Assembly: GCA_001303665.1 (NCBI GenBank) | Contig: LJUF01000010.1 | Span: 1 to 34,009, forward strand | DNA: 34,009 nt | Source: Phycisphaerae bacterium SM23_33 | GTDB lineage: Bacteria; Planctomycetota; Phycisphaerae; SM23-33 | Direction of reading: 5' to 3' | Part shown: positions 7,529-16,924 of the stretch, one piece after another | How positions within the stretch are numbered: position 1 is the stretch's first letter | Layout: every line of letters begins with the position of its first letter | Made by a program: the position numbers and the translations under genes | The notes under the pieces: model-generated | The model's input: the letters and a program-made list of their open reading frames with translations, nothing else | The model's database searches: none | What the model was told of the DNA's origin: nothing

Positions 7529-8509
7529 TTAGGATTTCTCTTCGTCAGCCGGCATGAACCGGTCGACGGCCTTCCTGACGTACTGGATGGCGTCGGGATG
7601 GCGCATGACCACCAATTCGGCCCCGGCCTGGAGCAGCACCAGGGCGGTGGCGGCCTCCCACATCACGCCCCAGTAGGGGCGGGTCTCGTCGGTGACGCCC
7701 TCGAAGGGGGGCGCCTTGGCCTCCTTGGCCCGCCAGGCCTCGAAACCCACGTCGCAGATGACCGGCTGGCCCAGCAGCTTGTCCCCCCGCAGCGCCGCCA
7801 GCCGGCCGCGCTCCTGGATGCTGTAGACGTATTCGATCCCGTACCCCAGCGCGCCGGTGGTGGGGAAGATGACGATGTCTCCCACGGGAAAGCCGGCGTC
7901 CGAGCACAGAATGTTGACCTGCTTGGCGATGTTGATGTCCAGGGGGCTCTCGGCAATCAGCTTGTGCTTGTCAGCCAGGCACACGGCCACAATGGTGCGG
8001 TAGTTCTTTTCCCGGGCCGTGCCCATCAGGCAATTCTCGCCTTTGGCGGCGGCCGAGGCCGCCGGCAGGATCTGGTTGTCCTTTTCGTCGACGCCGCAGC
8101 CCCAGATGATCAGCGGCACGCCCACGGCCGCGAGGACCTCCTTGACGGTCTGGGCGCACTGCTGGGGGGAGCGATCGCCGGAATCGGGGTGGGCGCCCAT
8201 CAGCCGCAGGCAGATCAGGTCCACGCCGAACTCGACGGCCTTCTTGGCCCACTCGCCGGGAGAGGACAGGGCCTCGCCATAGGCCTGGCGCAGCACCTCG
8301 GGCCAGGCCTCCCCGCCGCTGTCCCAGACCTCCGCGGCGATCGCCGGCCGGCGGCCGACCGCCCCCTCAAACGACAGGAACGGCAGCGTCTCGGCCCCGC
8401 CGATGGTGACGGTGCTGGTTCGCGTGCCGCCCTCCTCCGGGGTGGCGCCGATGACCACGGTGTTGACCTTGCCGGTCCATTTCTCCTTCACGTCCGGGAG
8501 GCTGCTCAT
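7529..8509 (-). CDS. acsD: Corrinoid iron-sulfur protein small subunit
   Basis: The ATG at 8509 is preceded by GAAGGAG and forms an ATGA overlap with the upstream gene's stop, giving 326 aa. The TIM-barrel CdhD/AcsD-like sequence includes ICLRLMGAHP and DINIAKQVNIL. The ORF-track start at 8563 is probably too far upstream. Confidence 0.9.
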   Translation of the reverse strand: MSSLPDVKEKWTGKVNTVVIGATPEEGGTRTSTVTIGGAETLPFLSFEGAVGRRPAIAAEVWDSGGEAWPEVLRQAYGEALSSPGEWAKKAVEFGVDLICLRLMGAHPDSGDRSPQQCAQTVKEVLAAVGVPLIIWGCGVDEKDNQILPAASAAAKGENCLMGTAREKNYRTIVAVCLADKHKLIAESPLDINIAKQVNILCSDAGFPVGDIVIFPTTGALGYGIEYVYSIQERGRLAALRGDKLLGQPVICDVGFEAWRAKEAKAPPFEGVTDETRPYWGVMWEAATALVLLQAGAELVVMRHPDAIQYVRKAVDRFMPADEEKS

Positions 8510-9321
8510 GCTATCGGCTCCTTCTGCTGTGACTTTGGGGCTTCCGCCGGCCGGCCGAGGCACAGGCCGGTCAGCTCCTCCACCGCCGGCCGGGCCGCCG
8601 CGCCGGCGGAGTCGTCAATCGGCCGGCCGGCCACGCAGCGGCGGTACAGGTCGGCGTCGAAGGGAACCCGGACCGTCGCATCCACCTGGGGGGCCTGTGC
8701 CAGGTCCGGGCCGGGCCATGCCGCGCCGGCTTCGGCCGGGCCGCCCCGGCCGAGGTTGTTCAGCGCCAGCACCCGCCGGTGGACCTGAACCGGCAGGGCG
8801 TCGGCCAGTTGGGCGATGCGCCGGGCGCTGGCCAGCCCGACGGGCGTGGCCTCGGCCACCAGCACCAGCGTCTCGACGTCGTCGACCGTGAGCCGCGAAA
8901 GGTATTCCATCCCCGCCTCACAGTCCACCACCACGGCCTGGTAGCTGCCGCGAAGCTCCTGGAGGTAGCGCCGCAGCAGGGCGTTGACGTAGCAATAGCA
9001 CCTGGGGCCCTCGGGCCGGCCCATCGTCAGCAGGTCGAAGCCGACCTCCTCGCTCAGCAGCTCGGCGAGCCACTGGTCCAGCAATCGTTCCTTGGGTATC
9101 TCGCTGATTTCCTGGGCGGCTTGGCCCATGCGGTCGCGGAGGTCGGCGATGCTGCCGCCGGCCTGCACCCCCAGGGCCAGGGCCAGGGTGGCGTTGGGGT
9201 CGGCGTCCACGCCCAGCACGGGCTTGACGTTCACGCGCAGCAGTTGGCGCAGCACCATGGCCGCCAGCGTCGTCTTGCCAGCCCCGCCCTTGCCGCTGAA
9301 GGCGAAGATCGCTCCGGCCAT
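8506..9321 (-). CDS. acsF: CooC-type nickel-insertion ATPase of the acs operon
   Basis: Deviant Walker A GKGGAGKTT, a CxC metal motif (CYCY), and a position between acsV and acsD as in Moorella-type acs clusters. Confidence 0.85.
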   Translation of the reverse strand: MAGAIFAFSGKGGAGKTTLAAMVLRQLLRVNVKPVLGVDADPNATLALALGVQAGGSIADLRDRMGQAAQEISEIPKERLLDQWLAELLSEEVGFDLLTMGRPEGPRCYCYVNALLRRYLQELRGSYQAVVVDCEAGMEYLSRLTVDDVETLVLVAEATPVGLASARRIAQLADALPVQVHRRVLALNNLGRGGPAEAGAAWPGPDLAQAPQVDATVRVPFDADLYRRCVAGRPIDDSAGAAARPAVEELTGLCLGRPAEAPKSQQKEPIA

Positions 9322-9322
9322 C

Positions 9323-11254
9323 TCAGCCTCCCCTCCCGGAGGCCAGCTCCGTCAGCACGCTGGGGAACAGCTCGACGTTGGTGTGCGGGAAAAAGCAGGC
9401 CGAGACGAACTGGTCCATGAACGTGGGCTCGGTGCTGAGCTCGAAATACGTGGTTCGGGCGGCGATATCGAAGATCTCGTCGTAGCACCGGCTGCAAATG
9501 GCGGCCAGCTTGGCCCCGGCGATGGAGGCGTTGCCCACGAAGCGCAGGCGGTCGCGGGGCACGTCCGGCAGCAGGCCGATGAAGACGGCGTTGCCCACGT
9601 TCAGGAAGTTGCCGAACGCACCGGCGACCATGATCTCGGCCACGTCGTCGAAGCCCATGTTCAGGGCCTTCAGCAGGACGGAGGCGGCGGCATAGATGGC
9701 CGCCTTGGCCCGGAGGATGTTGCTGACGTCGCCCTGGGTGACGGTGATGTCGTCGCCGTTGCCGGTCCAGGAAGCGGGCACGACCACGTATTCCAGCTCG
9801 CCGTGCTGGGCCAGGCGGACTTTCTCGGGGGCGGCTTCCTGGTCCAGGCGGCCGGTCTTGTCGATCAGCCCTACCCGGAGCATCTCGGCCACCAGGTCCA
9901 CGTAGCCGGTGCCGCACAGGCCGACCGGCGAAGTCGAGCCGACGGTGGAGTAGTTGAGCACGTGGCTGGCATCGAGCAGGCGAATGTGGTCGATGGCGCC
10001 GCGGCTGGCCCGCATGCCACTTCGGCACTCGGCCCCCTCGAAGGCGGGGCCGGCCGAGGCGCTCGCACAGACCAGGAACTCCTTGTTGCCGATGACGATC
10101 TCGCCATTGGTGCCGATGTCAATGAGCATCCGCACCTCGTCGCTGTGGGCCAGCCCGGTGGCGAAGATGCCGCTGACGATGTCCGCCCCGACGAATCCGG
10201 CCACGCAGGGCAGGCTGTACAGCAGCCCCCGCGGGTTGATCTGCAGGCCCACTTCAGCGGCGCGGAACGGCGGCAGATGATAGGCCGCGCCCGTGTACGG
10301 CTCCCTGCGGATGTTCTCCGCGGGCAGCCCCAGCATCAGGTGGACCATGGTGGTGTTTCCGGCGGCGGAGATCAGCGAGATGTCCCCGGCCCCCAGCCGG
10401 TACCGCCGCGTCAGCTCGCGGATGAGCTCGTTCAGGTCGCCGACGATGGCGTTGCGGAGGGCGTTCTCGTTGTCGGGGCTCTGGGAGGCGTGGATGATGC
10501 GGCGGATGACGTCCACCCCGTAGGTGGCCTGGGAGTTGTATTTGGCGGCCCGGCCGAGGGTCTGGCCGTCGCGCAGGTCCACCAGGTGGCAGACGACGGT
10601 GGTGGTGCCGACGTCGGCGGCGATGCAGAAGTTCCGGCGGCTGGTGTCGCCGGCCTCGACGTCGATGATCTCCGTCAGCGGCCCGCGGTGGCCGGTCACC
10701 GCCGTCACCCTGTAATCGGCCTTGCGCAGCAAGTGCGGCAGCCGGCGGGTGACCTTCAGCCCCATCTGGAAATCGCCGCGGCCCGTCTCCTTGCCCAGGG
10801 CCTGCTCCAGCCGCTGGAGGTCCGAGACGTTGTCGTCCAGGCTGGGGCGGGGAAGCTGAATGTAGGTCTTTCGCACCAGCGGCGACAACTGAATCGCCCG
10901 GTCCAGCCGCTTGCTGAGCTCGGCCAGGAAGGGCACCTCGCCGGGCACGTGCTCGGGGGCGCCGGCCAGCCGCGTCTCCGGGGGAACCTCGACCACCAGG
11001 TCCGACTCGACGCGGCCCTGGCAGGCGAGGATGTAGCCCTGCTGAATCTCCTCGCGGGTGAAGAACTCGGTGGTTCCGCCGGACGCCTTGCCCTGGCGGA
11101 CGATGACGCGGCAGCGGCCGCAGACGCCGTCGCCCCCGCACAGGCTGTTGACGAATACCCCCGCCTTGGCGGCGGCGGCAAGAATGGCCGTGCCGGCCGG
11201 AACCTCCACGGACACCTCGTCCGGGCGGAATGACACCTTGAAGCTTTTCGCCAT
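9323..11254 (-). CDS. acsV: Reductive activator of the corrinoid Fe-S protein (RACo; 2Fe-2S ferredoxin plus ASKHA ATPase)
   Basis: N-terminal plant-type ferredoxin motif CGGDGVCGRCRV. The large C-terminal ASKHA-like domain includes IAADVGTTTV and LIDIGTNGE. The ATG at 11254 is preceded by GAGGGG. The track start at 11266 is a TTG. Confidence 0.87.
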   Translation of the reverse strand: MAKSFKVSFRPDEVSVEVPAGTAILAAAAKAGVFVNSLCGGDGVCGRCRVIVRQGKASGGTTEFFTREEIQQGYILACQGRVESDLVVEVPPETRLAGAPEHVPGEVPFLAELSKRLDRAIQLSPLVRKTYIQLPRPSLDDNVSDLQRLEQALGKETGRGDFQMGLKVTRRLPHLLRKADYRVTAVTGHRGPLTEIIDVEAGDTSRRNFCIAADVGTTTVVCHLVDLRDGQTLGRAAKYNSQATYGVDVIRRIIHASQSPDNENALRNAIVGDLNELIRELTRRYRLGAGDISLISAAGNTTMVHLMLGLPAENIRREPYTGAAYHLPPFRAAEVGLQINPRGLLYSLPCVAGFVGADIVSGIFATGLAHSDEVRMLIDIGTNGEIVIGNKEFLVCASASAGPAFEGAECRSGMRASRGAIDHIRLLDASHVLNYSTVGSTSPVGLCGTGYVDLVAEMLRVGLIDKTGRLDQEAAPEKVRLAQHGELEYVVVPASWTGNGDDITVTQGDVSNILRAKAAIYAAASVLLKALNMGFDDVAEIMVAGAFGNFLNVGNAVFIGLLPDVPRDRLRFVGNASIAGAKLAAICSRCYDEIFDIAARTTYFELSTEPTFMDQFVSACFFPHTNVELFPSVLTELASGRGG

Positions 11255-11317
11255 AAGGCCCCTCAATTGCGGATCGGCCGCCGGCGGCGCCAGCCGCTTG
11301 ATCCGCCATCGGACATC

Positions 11318-12661
11318 TTACGCCATCTTGTAGTCGTTTTTGAGGTACGGCCCGATGCCGGAGGCTTCCTTGGGCCCCACCAGGACCTTCCAGCCGCACT
11401 CCTCGGCCAGGGAGGCGGCGATGACGGCCACGTGCCCCGGGATCACCAGTTGGCGGTGGGCGACCTTCTCCTCGACTCCGGCGGCCTTGAGGGCGGCGGC
11501 AATCGTCTCCGGGTTGAACTTATCGGCCGCCCAGGCGGTCAGCACGCTGGTGCCCTCGGTATCGACGGCCAGGATGCGACAGGGAATGCGCGAGGCCTCC
11601 ACCTCCGACTCCACGGAATAGTAGCTCAGGGAGAAGTTGGTGGTCACCAGCAGGGGGCTGTCGGCGGAGGTCTCGCCGACGTCGTAGAGTTTGGCCTCCA
11701 CCTGCACGGGCTTCTGCGGGTCGCTGTAGACGTTCTGCCGGGTGGTGAGGATGGGCACCAGCAAGTGGGGCGGCCAGGCGTCGCAGACCAGCACGGCGGC
11801 ATACTTGGCCACGTGCGCGCAGGCGTCCAGCGCGGCGGCGGTCTTGTCCTCGCCGCAGGCCACCGCCAGGATCGGGCAGCCCAGCGGGCGAAACTTCTTG
11901 TTCAGAGCGGCCCGGCGGCTCTGGGTGGCGAACGCCAGCGCCTCGCGGGCCGGTGCGGCCCCGCGGGAAATGAGCACGTCCCTGACGCCCTTGGCGGCCA
12001 GGGCCTCGACGGTGTCGGCGGCGGCCTGGAGCTCGCCGGCCACACACACCGGCGAGGAGGTCCTTTGCGCCAGGTCGGCCAGCTCGTCGGCGCCGGCCTG
12101 GCCCGTGCAGTACAGCACCGGCCGGCTGCCGTTCAGCGGCCCCATGGCCGCGGCGGAGAGGGCTTCGATCTTGTCGCTCATCAGCACCATAGGCACGCCG
12201 AGCTCGTTGTAGATGACCTCGGCCGCCGCCTGCATCTTGTCCGGCGAGCCGGACTCGTCGGCCAGGGCGATCATGTCCGGATGAATCGTCACGCCCACCC
12301 GCAGGAACTGGAGCTTCCGGAAGGCCTGGCACCGCTGCCGCAGCGCCGGCTCGTCCTCGGCGTCGGAAATTCTCAGGGCCACGGCCGTGGGATGATGGAA
12401 CTTGTCGTCGTGCCGAAACAGGGCGGTCTCCTGCCCTACCTGGATGGCGTTGGGGTCGGCGCCGATCTTCACCAGCCGCTGGGGGGGAGCCGAGGCCTCT
12501 CCCAGCTGGGCGCGGGCCTGGTCCGACAGCCGCGGGCAATCGTCCAGGCCGGCCTGGCCGGCGGCGACCTTCATGGCGAAGGCCAGACACGTCGGCACAC
12601 CGCACTCCTTGCAGTTCTCCTTGGGAAGATGTTTGTAAATCTCCAGTCCTGTCAGTGCCAT
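11318..12661 (-). CDS. acsC: Corrinoid iron-sulfur protein large subunit
   Basis: 447 aa. The N-terminal [4Fe-4S] motif is CKECGVPTCLAF...C, followed by TIM-barrel and B12-binding regions. Length matches Moorella AcsC. Confidence 0.92.
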   Translation of the reverse strand: MALTGLEIYKHLPKENCKECGVPTCLAFAMKVAAGQAGLDDCPRLSDQARAQLGEASAPPQRLVKIGADPNAIQVGQETALFRHDDKFHHPTAVALRISDAEDEPALRQRCQAFRKLQFLRVGVTIHPDMIALADESGSPDKMQAAAEVIYNELGVPMVLMSDKIEALSAAAMGPLNGSRPVLYCTGQAGADELADLAQRTSSPVCVAGELQAAADTVEALAAKGVRDVLISRGAAPAREALAFATQSRRAALNKKFRPLGCPILAVACGEDKTAAALDACAHVAKYAAVLVCDAWPPHLLVPILTTRQNVYSDPQKPVQVEAKLYDVGETSADSPLLVTTNFSLSYYSVESEVEASRIPCRILAVDTEGTSVLTAWAADKFNPETIAAALKAAGVEEKVAHRQLVIPGHVAVIAASLAEECGWKVLVGPKEASGIGPYLKNDYKMA

Positions 12662-12781
12662 CTCGTCACTCCTGCCCAGCCCTTCCCGCGAAGGACTGCA
12701 CCCTTACGTATGCGGCAGCAAAGTGCAGCGCGCCAAGACGGCCGGACCTCGGCTCGCCGCCCAGACTTCATTGCAGCATAT

Positions 12782-14962
12782 TCAGAGCAGCGGGTCCATC
12801 TTCAGCGCGGGGTGATCCACCTTGGTCAGGTGCTCCAAAAGCTGCTCGGAGGTCGTGGCGATGGTCTCGTCGGCGATCTTATCCACGAGCCCCTCCATGC
12901 CTATCACCTTGGCGCGTTTTTCCAGCCTTTCGCGCATGTATTCCTTCAGCTCCTTCGGCATCCACGTCAGCCGGGGCAGCCCGCCCTCGGCGCTGATGAA
13001 CTTCCGGCTGGCCAGGTACAGCCGGCCGACGCCGACGAACCCGGGCGTCTGGGCCCCGCCGCCGACGCTGCCAGCCAGCGTCGAAAACGGCATGCCGATG
13101 GGCGTGTCCCCGGGGTATTCGCGGTTCACGATCATCACTCCGTTGGCCTCGGGGACGATGGCCAGGATGCACTCGAAGCAGCCGCAGGAGGTCATGGGGT
13201 TCTGCATCAGGCTGTAGGCGCTGAAGCGATCGACGCTACCGTTGGAGTGCTCGTGCACGAACTTGTTGACGTTCTCCCACTCGCCCAGGACCGGATCGAT
13301 GCACTTTCCTTTGGGCACGGGCTGGTTGCAGCCGGTGGGGTTGATCTCGTAGGCGGCCTGGCCGTCCAGCCAGTTGTACGCCCCGCACAGCCCCAGCCGC
13401 TCCGGGGTGATGATGCAGACGTGATTCGGGGCGAAGGACTGGCACAGCGTGCAGGAATAGAAGGTGTCCACCGACTCGTCCGTCATGCCGGCGACGCGCT
13501 CATCGCGGGCAGTCCAGATGGGCTTGGCGTGATCGATCAGGGCGGTAACCTCCTCGGGCTCGGTGGTGACGGTGACGGCCACCTTGTCCACGATGCCGCC
13601 GTACTCGTCGTGCAGCTTGGCATGGAGGATGGTGCCGATGTGCTTGAGACGGAAGCCCGCCTTCACCGCCTCCTTGCTGAAGCGGCACCAGATCTGGTGG
13701 CGCTGGCCGGTGTGCATGAAGCCCATGGCCTCGTTGCAGTACCGGTGGATCTGGCGCTCCAGGATGCCCTCGAAGTCGCTTTTCATCTTCCGTCCGGCGA
13801 CCCTGACGTGGATGGCCAGGTCCACGGCGCCGCCTTCCTCGACCTGGTCGAAGTCCTTGCCTTTGACGGTGACGTCGCCGTCGTTGACCTCGTCGAGTTC
13901 GGCCGATTCCAGCAGCTCCACCGCCCGGGAGTACTTGCCGCCGAACTGCACGTGCATGTCTTCCCGGCGGACGCGCTCGCCCTCAAAGGCCGGGGAGTAG
14001 GAAACCGGGATGTCGATCTCCTCCACCTTCACCTTCACGCCGCGGACCTCGATGCAGGTGGGGACGATCTGATCGGGGTCGGTCTGGCGGACCAGGGCCT
14101 CGTACGTCGTCACGCCGGTGGGGCGGACCTCGGGGGTGGATTCGTGGTCGGAGATAACCGGGAAGCCCATCACGATGGCCCCGGCGCCGACGGCGTACCA
14201 GTCGTCCGGGATGGGACCAAAGGTGATGCCAAAGGCGAAGGTGCGGGCCCGGGTATAGTCCAGACACTTCTTCCACTCGCCCTTCTTGTGGCCGCCGAAG
14301 GTCAGCGCCGCCCGCACCGCCCAGTTGAGCACGTAGATGGCGGACTGGGTGTCGCGCCCGACCGGCACGATGTAGGTGTCCCACCCCAGCTCGACGCCCT
14401 CGGCGATGAGTTGATCCTTCATGCTGGTGCCGTTGCGGCCACACAGCAGGAAGGTCAGGATGCTGCGCTTCTGCAATTCCCGCACGGTGTGCAGGGCGAT
14501 CTCGTTGGCCGGCGCGGGGCCGAGGATGGCGGCGAAGCCCGGCATGCGGCCGTCCACAAGCTGGATGCCCAGCTCGCGCTGGATCGTGTCGGAGATGAAG
14601 CCGGTGCAGCCCTCTTCGACGGGTTCGCCGTTCATGTACCGCAGCGCGCAGGTCGTCTCCAGCGCCAGCAGCGTGGCGATGCCGGCGTCGAGCCCGTCGC
14701 CCAGGTAGGGCAGCCACAATTCCTTGGCCGGTTCGGCCGGCAGCAATTCGCGGCAGCGGGCCAGCACCGGCTTCAGGTCCGCCACTGTCTTGACCTCCAG
14801 ACCCATCAGGGCGTAGACCATCGGCAGATAGAAGGCTGTGTCCGGAAACTCGACCTTCTGGTCTTCGCCCTTGGCCTGGACGGCCTCGGCGAGCTTCGCT
14901 TCAGCCTCCTCGACGAACCCGTGGGCGCCACGGATGGCCGCGGCGATCACCTCTCGCGACAT
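12782..14962 (-). CDS. acsB: Acetyl-CoA synthase (A-cluster subunit of CODH/ACS)
   Basis: 726 aa. A-cluster ligand region SCGCFECI. Bacterial full-length architecture. Confidence 0.95.
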   Translation of the reverse strand: MSREVIAAAIRGAHGFVEEAEAKLAEAVQAKGEDQKVEFPDTAFYLPMVYALMGLEVKTVADLKPVLARCRELLPAEPAKELWLPYLGDGLDAGIATLLALETTCALRYMNGEPVEEGCTGFISDTIQRELGIQLVDGRMPGFAAILGPAPANEIALHTVRELQKRSILTFLLCGRNGTSMKDQLIAEGVELGWDTYIVPVGRDTQSAIYVLNWAVRAALTFGGHKKGEWKKCLDYTRARTFAFGITFGPIPDDWYAVGAGAIVMGFPVISDHESTPEVRPTGVTTYEALVRQTDPDQIVPTCIEVRGVKVKVEEIDIPVSYSPAFEGERVRREDMHVQFGGKYSRAVELLESAELDEVNDGDVTVKGKDFDQVEEGGAVDLAIHVRVAGRKMKSDFEGILERQIHRYCNEAMGFMHTGQRHQIWCRFSKEAVKAGFRLKHIGTILHAKLHDEYGGIVDKVAVTVTTEPEEVTALIDHAKPIWTARDERVAGMTDESVDTFYSCTLCQSFAPNHVCIITPERLGLCGAYNWLDGQAAYEINPTGCNQPVPKGKCIDPVLGEWENVNKFVHEHSNGSVDRFSAYSLMQNPMTSCGCFECILAIVPEANGVMIVNREYPGDTPIGMPFSTLAGSVGGGAQTPGFVGVGRLYLASRKFISAEGGLPRLTWMPKELKEYMRERLEKRAKVIGMEGLVDKIADETIATTSEQLLEHLTKVDHPALKMDPLL

Positions 14963-15063
14963 AACGGACCTCCCGACTGGACTGCCTTTGTCTGCTTACG
15001 GCGTCTGACACATCGGCCGCCGGCCTCCGGCGGCGAGCATCCTCATTCCTGATTCCTGGCCTA

Positions 15064-16359
15064 TCAAAAGAAACCGAACACTTCCTGGTATTCCGGCTCC
15101 TTGAACTTCTCCCGATTGTCCCGGATCACCGGAAACATGGACGCGAAATCGTATTCGCCGGCAACGATCCGCTCCTTCGCCTGGGCCACGTCCACCCGTT
15201 TCTTCACCAGCGATCCCAGCACGCCGGCGTTATCGACCTTTCCCACCAGGGCGAAGCCCACCAGCCGGTTGCCCTGGAAGATGAACCGCTTGCAATCGGT
15301 CTTGCCCGGGCCCTTCCGGGTGATCTCCTCGGCGCCCTCGAGCTTCTCCCTGGCCCCCGTCAGCCCGGAGGTGATCAGCGACAGCCCCCCCAGCACAAGG
15401 GAGTTCATGGAGGTTCTGCCTCCGAGGACCGTGTCCCTGCCCATGACGTTCTCGGCGGCGACCCGGCCTTCCTCGATGGCGTGCGGCCAGAGAGCGTTGG
15501 TCCAGGTCTCGCCGCGAACGGTGTCCGGGCTCTGGGTGACGTCGCCGGCGGCGTACACGTCCGGCACGCTGGTGCGGGAGTGCTCGTCAATGAGAATGCC
15601 GTGTTCGGCCTGGATGTCCGTGCCCTTGACTAGCTGGGTGTTGGCCCGCACGCCCTTTCCGACGATCACCAGCTGTGCCTCGATCTTCCTGCCTTCGGTG
15701 GTCTCGATCCCCGAGACCTTTTCGTCGCCGAGCACCTTGGCGGGGTTGGTCCTGGTGAAGATCTCGATTCCCAGCCTGGTCAGGTGCTCCTCGAAGACCT
15801 GGGCTTCCGGTTCGGCCACGATCTGGCTGAGGACATTCGGCGAGCCGACGGCCACCGTGACCTGCTTGCCGCGCTCGTTGAGGGCAACCGCCGCCTTGAG
15901 TCCCACCAGCCCGCCGCCGAGCACAACGGCCGTATCCACTCCGTCGCAGTACTCGGCGATGCGCTCGGCGTCGGCCAGGGTGCGGAAGCCAAACACGCCC
16001 TGCTTCTCGATGCCGGGGATGTTGGGCATGGAGCACGTGCCCCCGGCGGCGACGATCAGGGCCTCGTAAGCCACCCGCTCGCCGCTGTCCAGAAGCACCT
16101 GCTTTTCCTTCGGCAGCACGCGCACGACCTCGCAGCCCAGCATCGCGTCGATCCGGTTGTCTTCATAGAAGCTGACGGGCTTGAAGAGGATGTCCTCAAC
16201 GGTCTTTTCCCCAGAGACCAGATACGGAATGAGGCAGCGCGAGTACGGGGGAACCTTCTCGTTGGAGATCACCGTGATCTGGCAGGCCGAGTCCAGCTTC
16301 CGCAAAGTCTCCGCCGCCGACAGGCCCGCAGCATGGTTGCCGATGATGACGACCTTCAT
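15064..16359 (-). CDS. FAD/NAD(P)-dependent pyridine nucleotide-disulfide-family oxidoreductase (CODH-associated 'FNOR' type)
   Basis: 431 aa. There are two dinucleotide-binding motifs (VVIIGNHAAG and AVVLGGGLVGLK). ATGA overlap with the cooF stop. Confidence 0.82.
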   Translation of the reverse strand: MKVVIIGNHAAGLSAAETLRKLDSACQITVISNEKVPPYSRCLIPYLVSGEKTVEDILFKPVSFYEDNRIDAMLGCEVVRVLPKEKQVLLDSGERVAYEALIVAAGGTCSMPNIPGIEKQGVFGFRTLADAERIAEYCDGVDTAVVLGGGLVGLKAAVALNERGKQVTVAVGSPNVLSQIVAEPEAQVFEEHLTRLGIEIFTRTNPAKVLGDEKVSGIETTEGRKIEAQLVIVGKGVRANTQLVKGTDIQAEHGILIDEHSRTSVPDVYAAGDVTQSPDTVRGETWTNALWPHAIEEGRVAAENVMGRDTVLGGRTSMNSLVLGGLSLITSGLTGAREKLEGAEEITRKGPGKTDCKRFIFQGNRLVGFALVGKVDNAGVLGSLVKKRVDVAQAKERIVAGEYDFASMFPVIRDNREKFKEPEYQEVFGFF

Positions 16360-16847
16360 GTTTTCAGCTCCGCTTGCTTGGCCGCTTCCCTGGCCTTGCG
16401 CCTCTGGGCGAATTCGTCCGCCGTTGCCTCAAACAGTGCCCCGGTCGGGCAGGCCTCCACGCACACAGGCCCGGCCTCCCTGTCGGCGCACATGTCGCAC
16501 TTGATGGTGAAGACCTCTCCCGGCCTGACGGCGCCGAAGGGGCAGACCATCACGCACATCCAGCAGCCCACGCACTTGTCCGTGTCGCAGATGACCTCGC
16601 CGGTGTCGGCGTCTTTCGTCATGGCCCCGGCCATGCACGCCTCCACGCAGGGGGCCGGGTCGCAGTGGCGGCACCCGATCGTCAGGCACGCCCCTTCCAC
16701 GGGCCTGACCCGCCGCCGCGGCAGCGGCCGGTCCTCTTCCAGCAGGGCCTTGGCCGCTTCCTTGCTCTCGGAATGCTCCACGGCGCAGGCGAACTCGCAG
16801 GAGTGGCATCCCAGGCACTTTCGGCTGTCGAAGTAGACCTTCTTCAT
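16356..16847 (-). CDS. cooF: CooF-like polyferredoxin (multiple [4Fe-4S])
   Basis: Motifs CLGCHSCEFAC, CRHCDPAPCVEAC, CVGCWMCVMVCP and CDMC...CVEACP. The likely start is MKKVYFD at 16847. The ORF-track start at 16877 is an upstream alternative. Confidence 0.85.
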   Translation of the reverse strand: MKKVYFDSRKCLGCHSCEFACAVEHSESKEAAKALLEEDRPLPRRRVRPVEGACLTIGCRHCDPAPCVEACMAGAMTKDADTGEVICDTDKCVGCWMCVMVCPFGAVRPGEVFTIKCDMCADREAGPVCVEACPTGALFEATADEFAQRRKAREAAKQAELKT

Positions 16848-16924
16848 CTTTCCATCACCGCCATTGTTTCGGGGCACCCGATGGTGCCCGCGGTTTTGCT
16901 TCCTGGCCGGCCGCGCGGCCCGGC

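Noticed and set aside
7058-7537. GAAATCC/GGATTTC short tandem repeats as a possible CRISPR array or minisatellite.
   Set aside because: Only 2-3 heptamer units occur per side. There are no spacer-repeat periodicity and no cas genes. The arrangement is an inverted repeat flanking a single gene, which I report separately as a cassette.
8510-8563. N-terminal extensions of several ORF-track entries: acsD to 8563, acsE to 7068, acsV to 11266, cooF to 16877, the methyltransferase to 30513, the beta-helix protein to 33885, fhs from 20143 and metF from 24448.
   Set aside because: Internal starts have good Shine-Dalgarno sequences or ATGA coupling, and they give lengths matching characterised homologues. 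The extensions are non-homologous and often low-complexity.
11267-15052. Very long ORFs antisense to real genes. Examples are 11267..15052 + (1261 aa), 464..1960 -, 5848..7041 +, 9092..11233 +, 19927..22206 -, 26770..29421 - and the upstream 2.2 kb of 16997..20080 +.
   Set aside because: Their translations are low-complexity Arg/Gly/Ala/Pro/His-rich strings with no recognisable motifs. They lie opposite genes with unmistakable family signatures. In high-GC DNA, stop codons are rare on the antisense strand, so such ORFs are expected artefacts.
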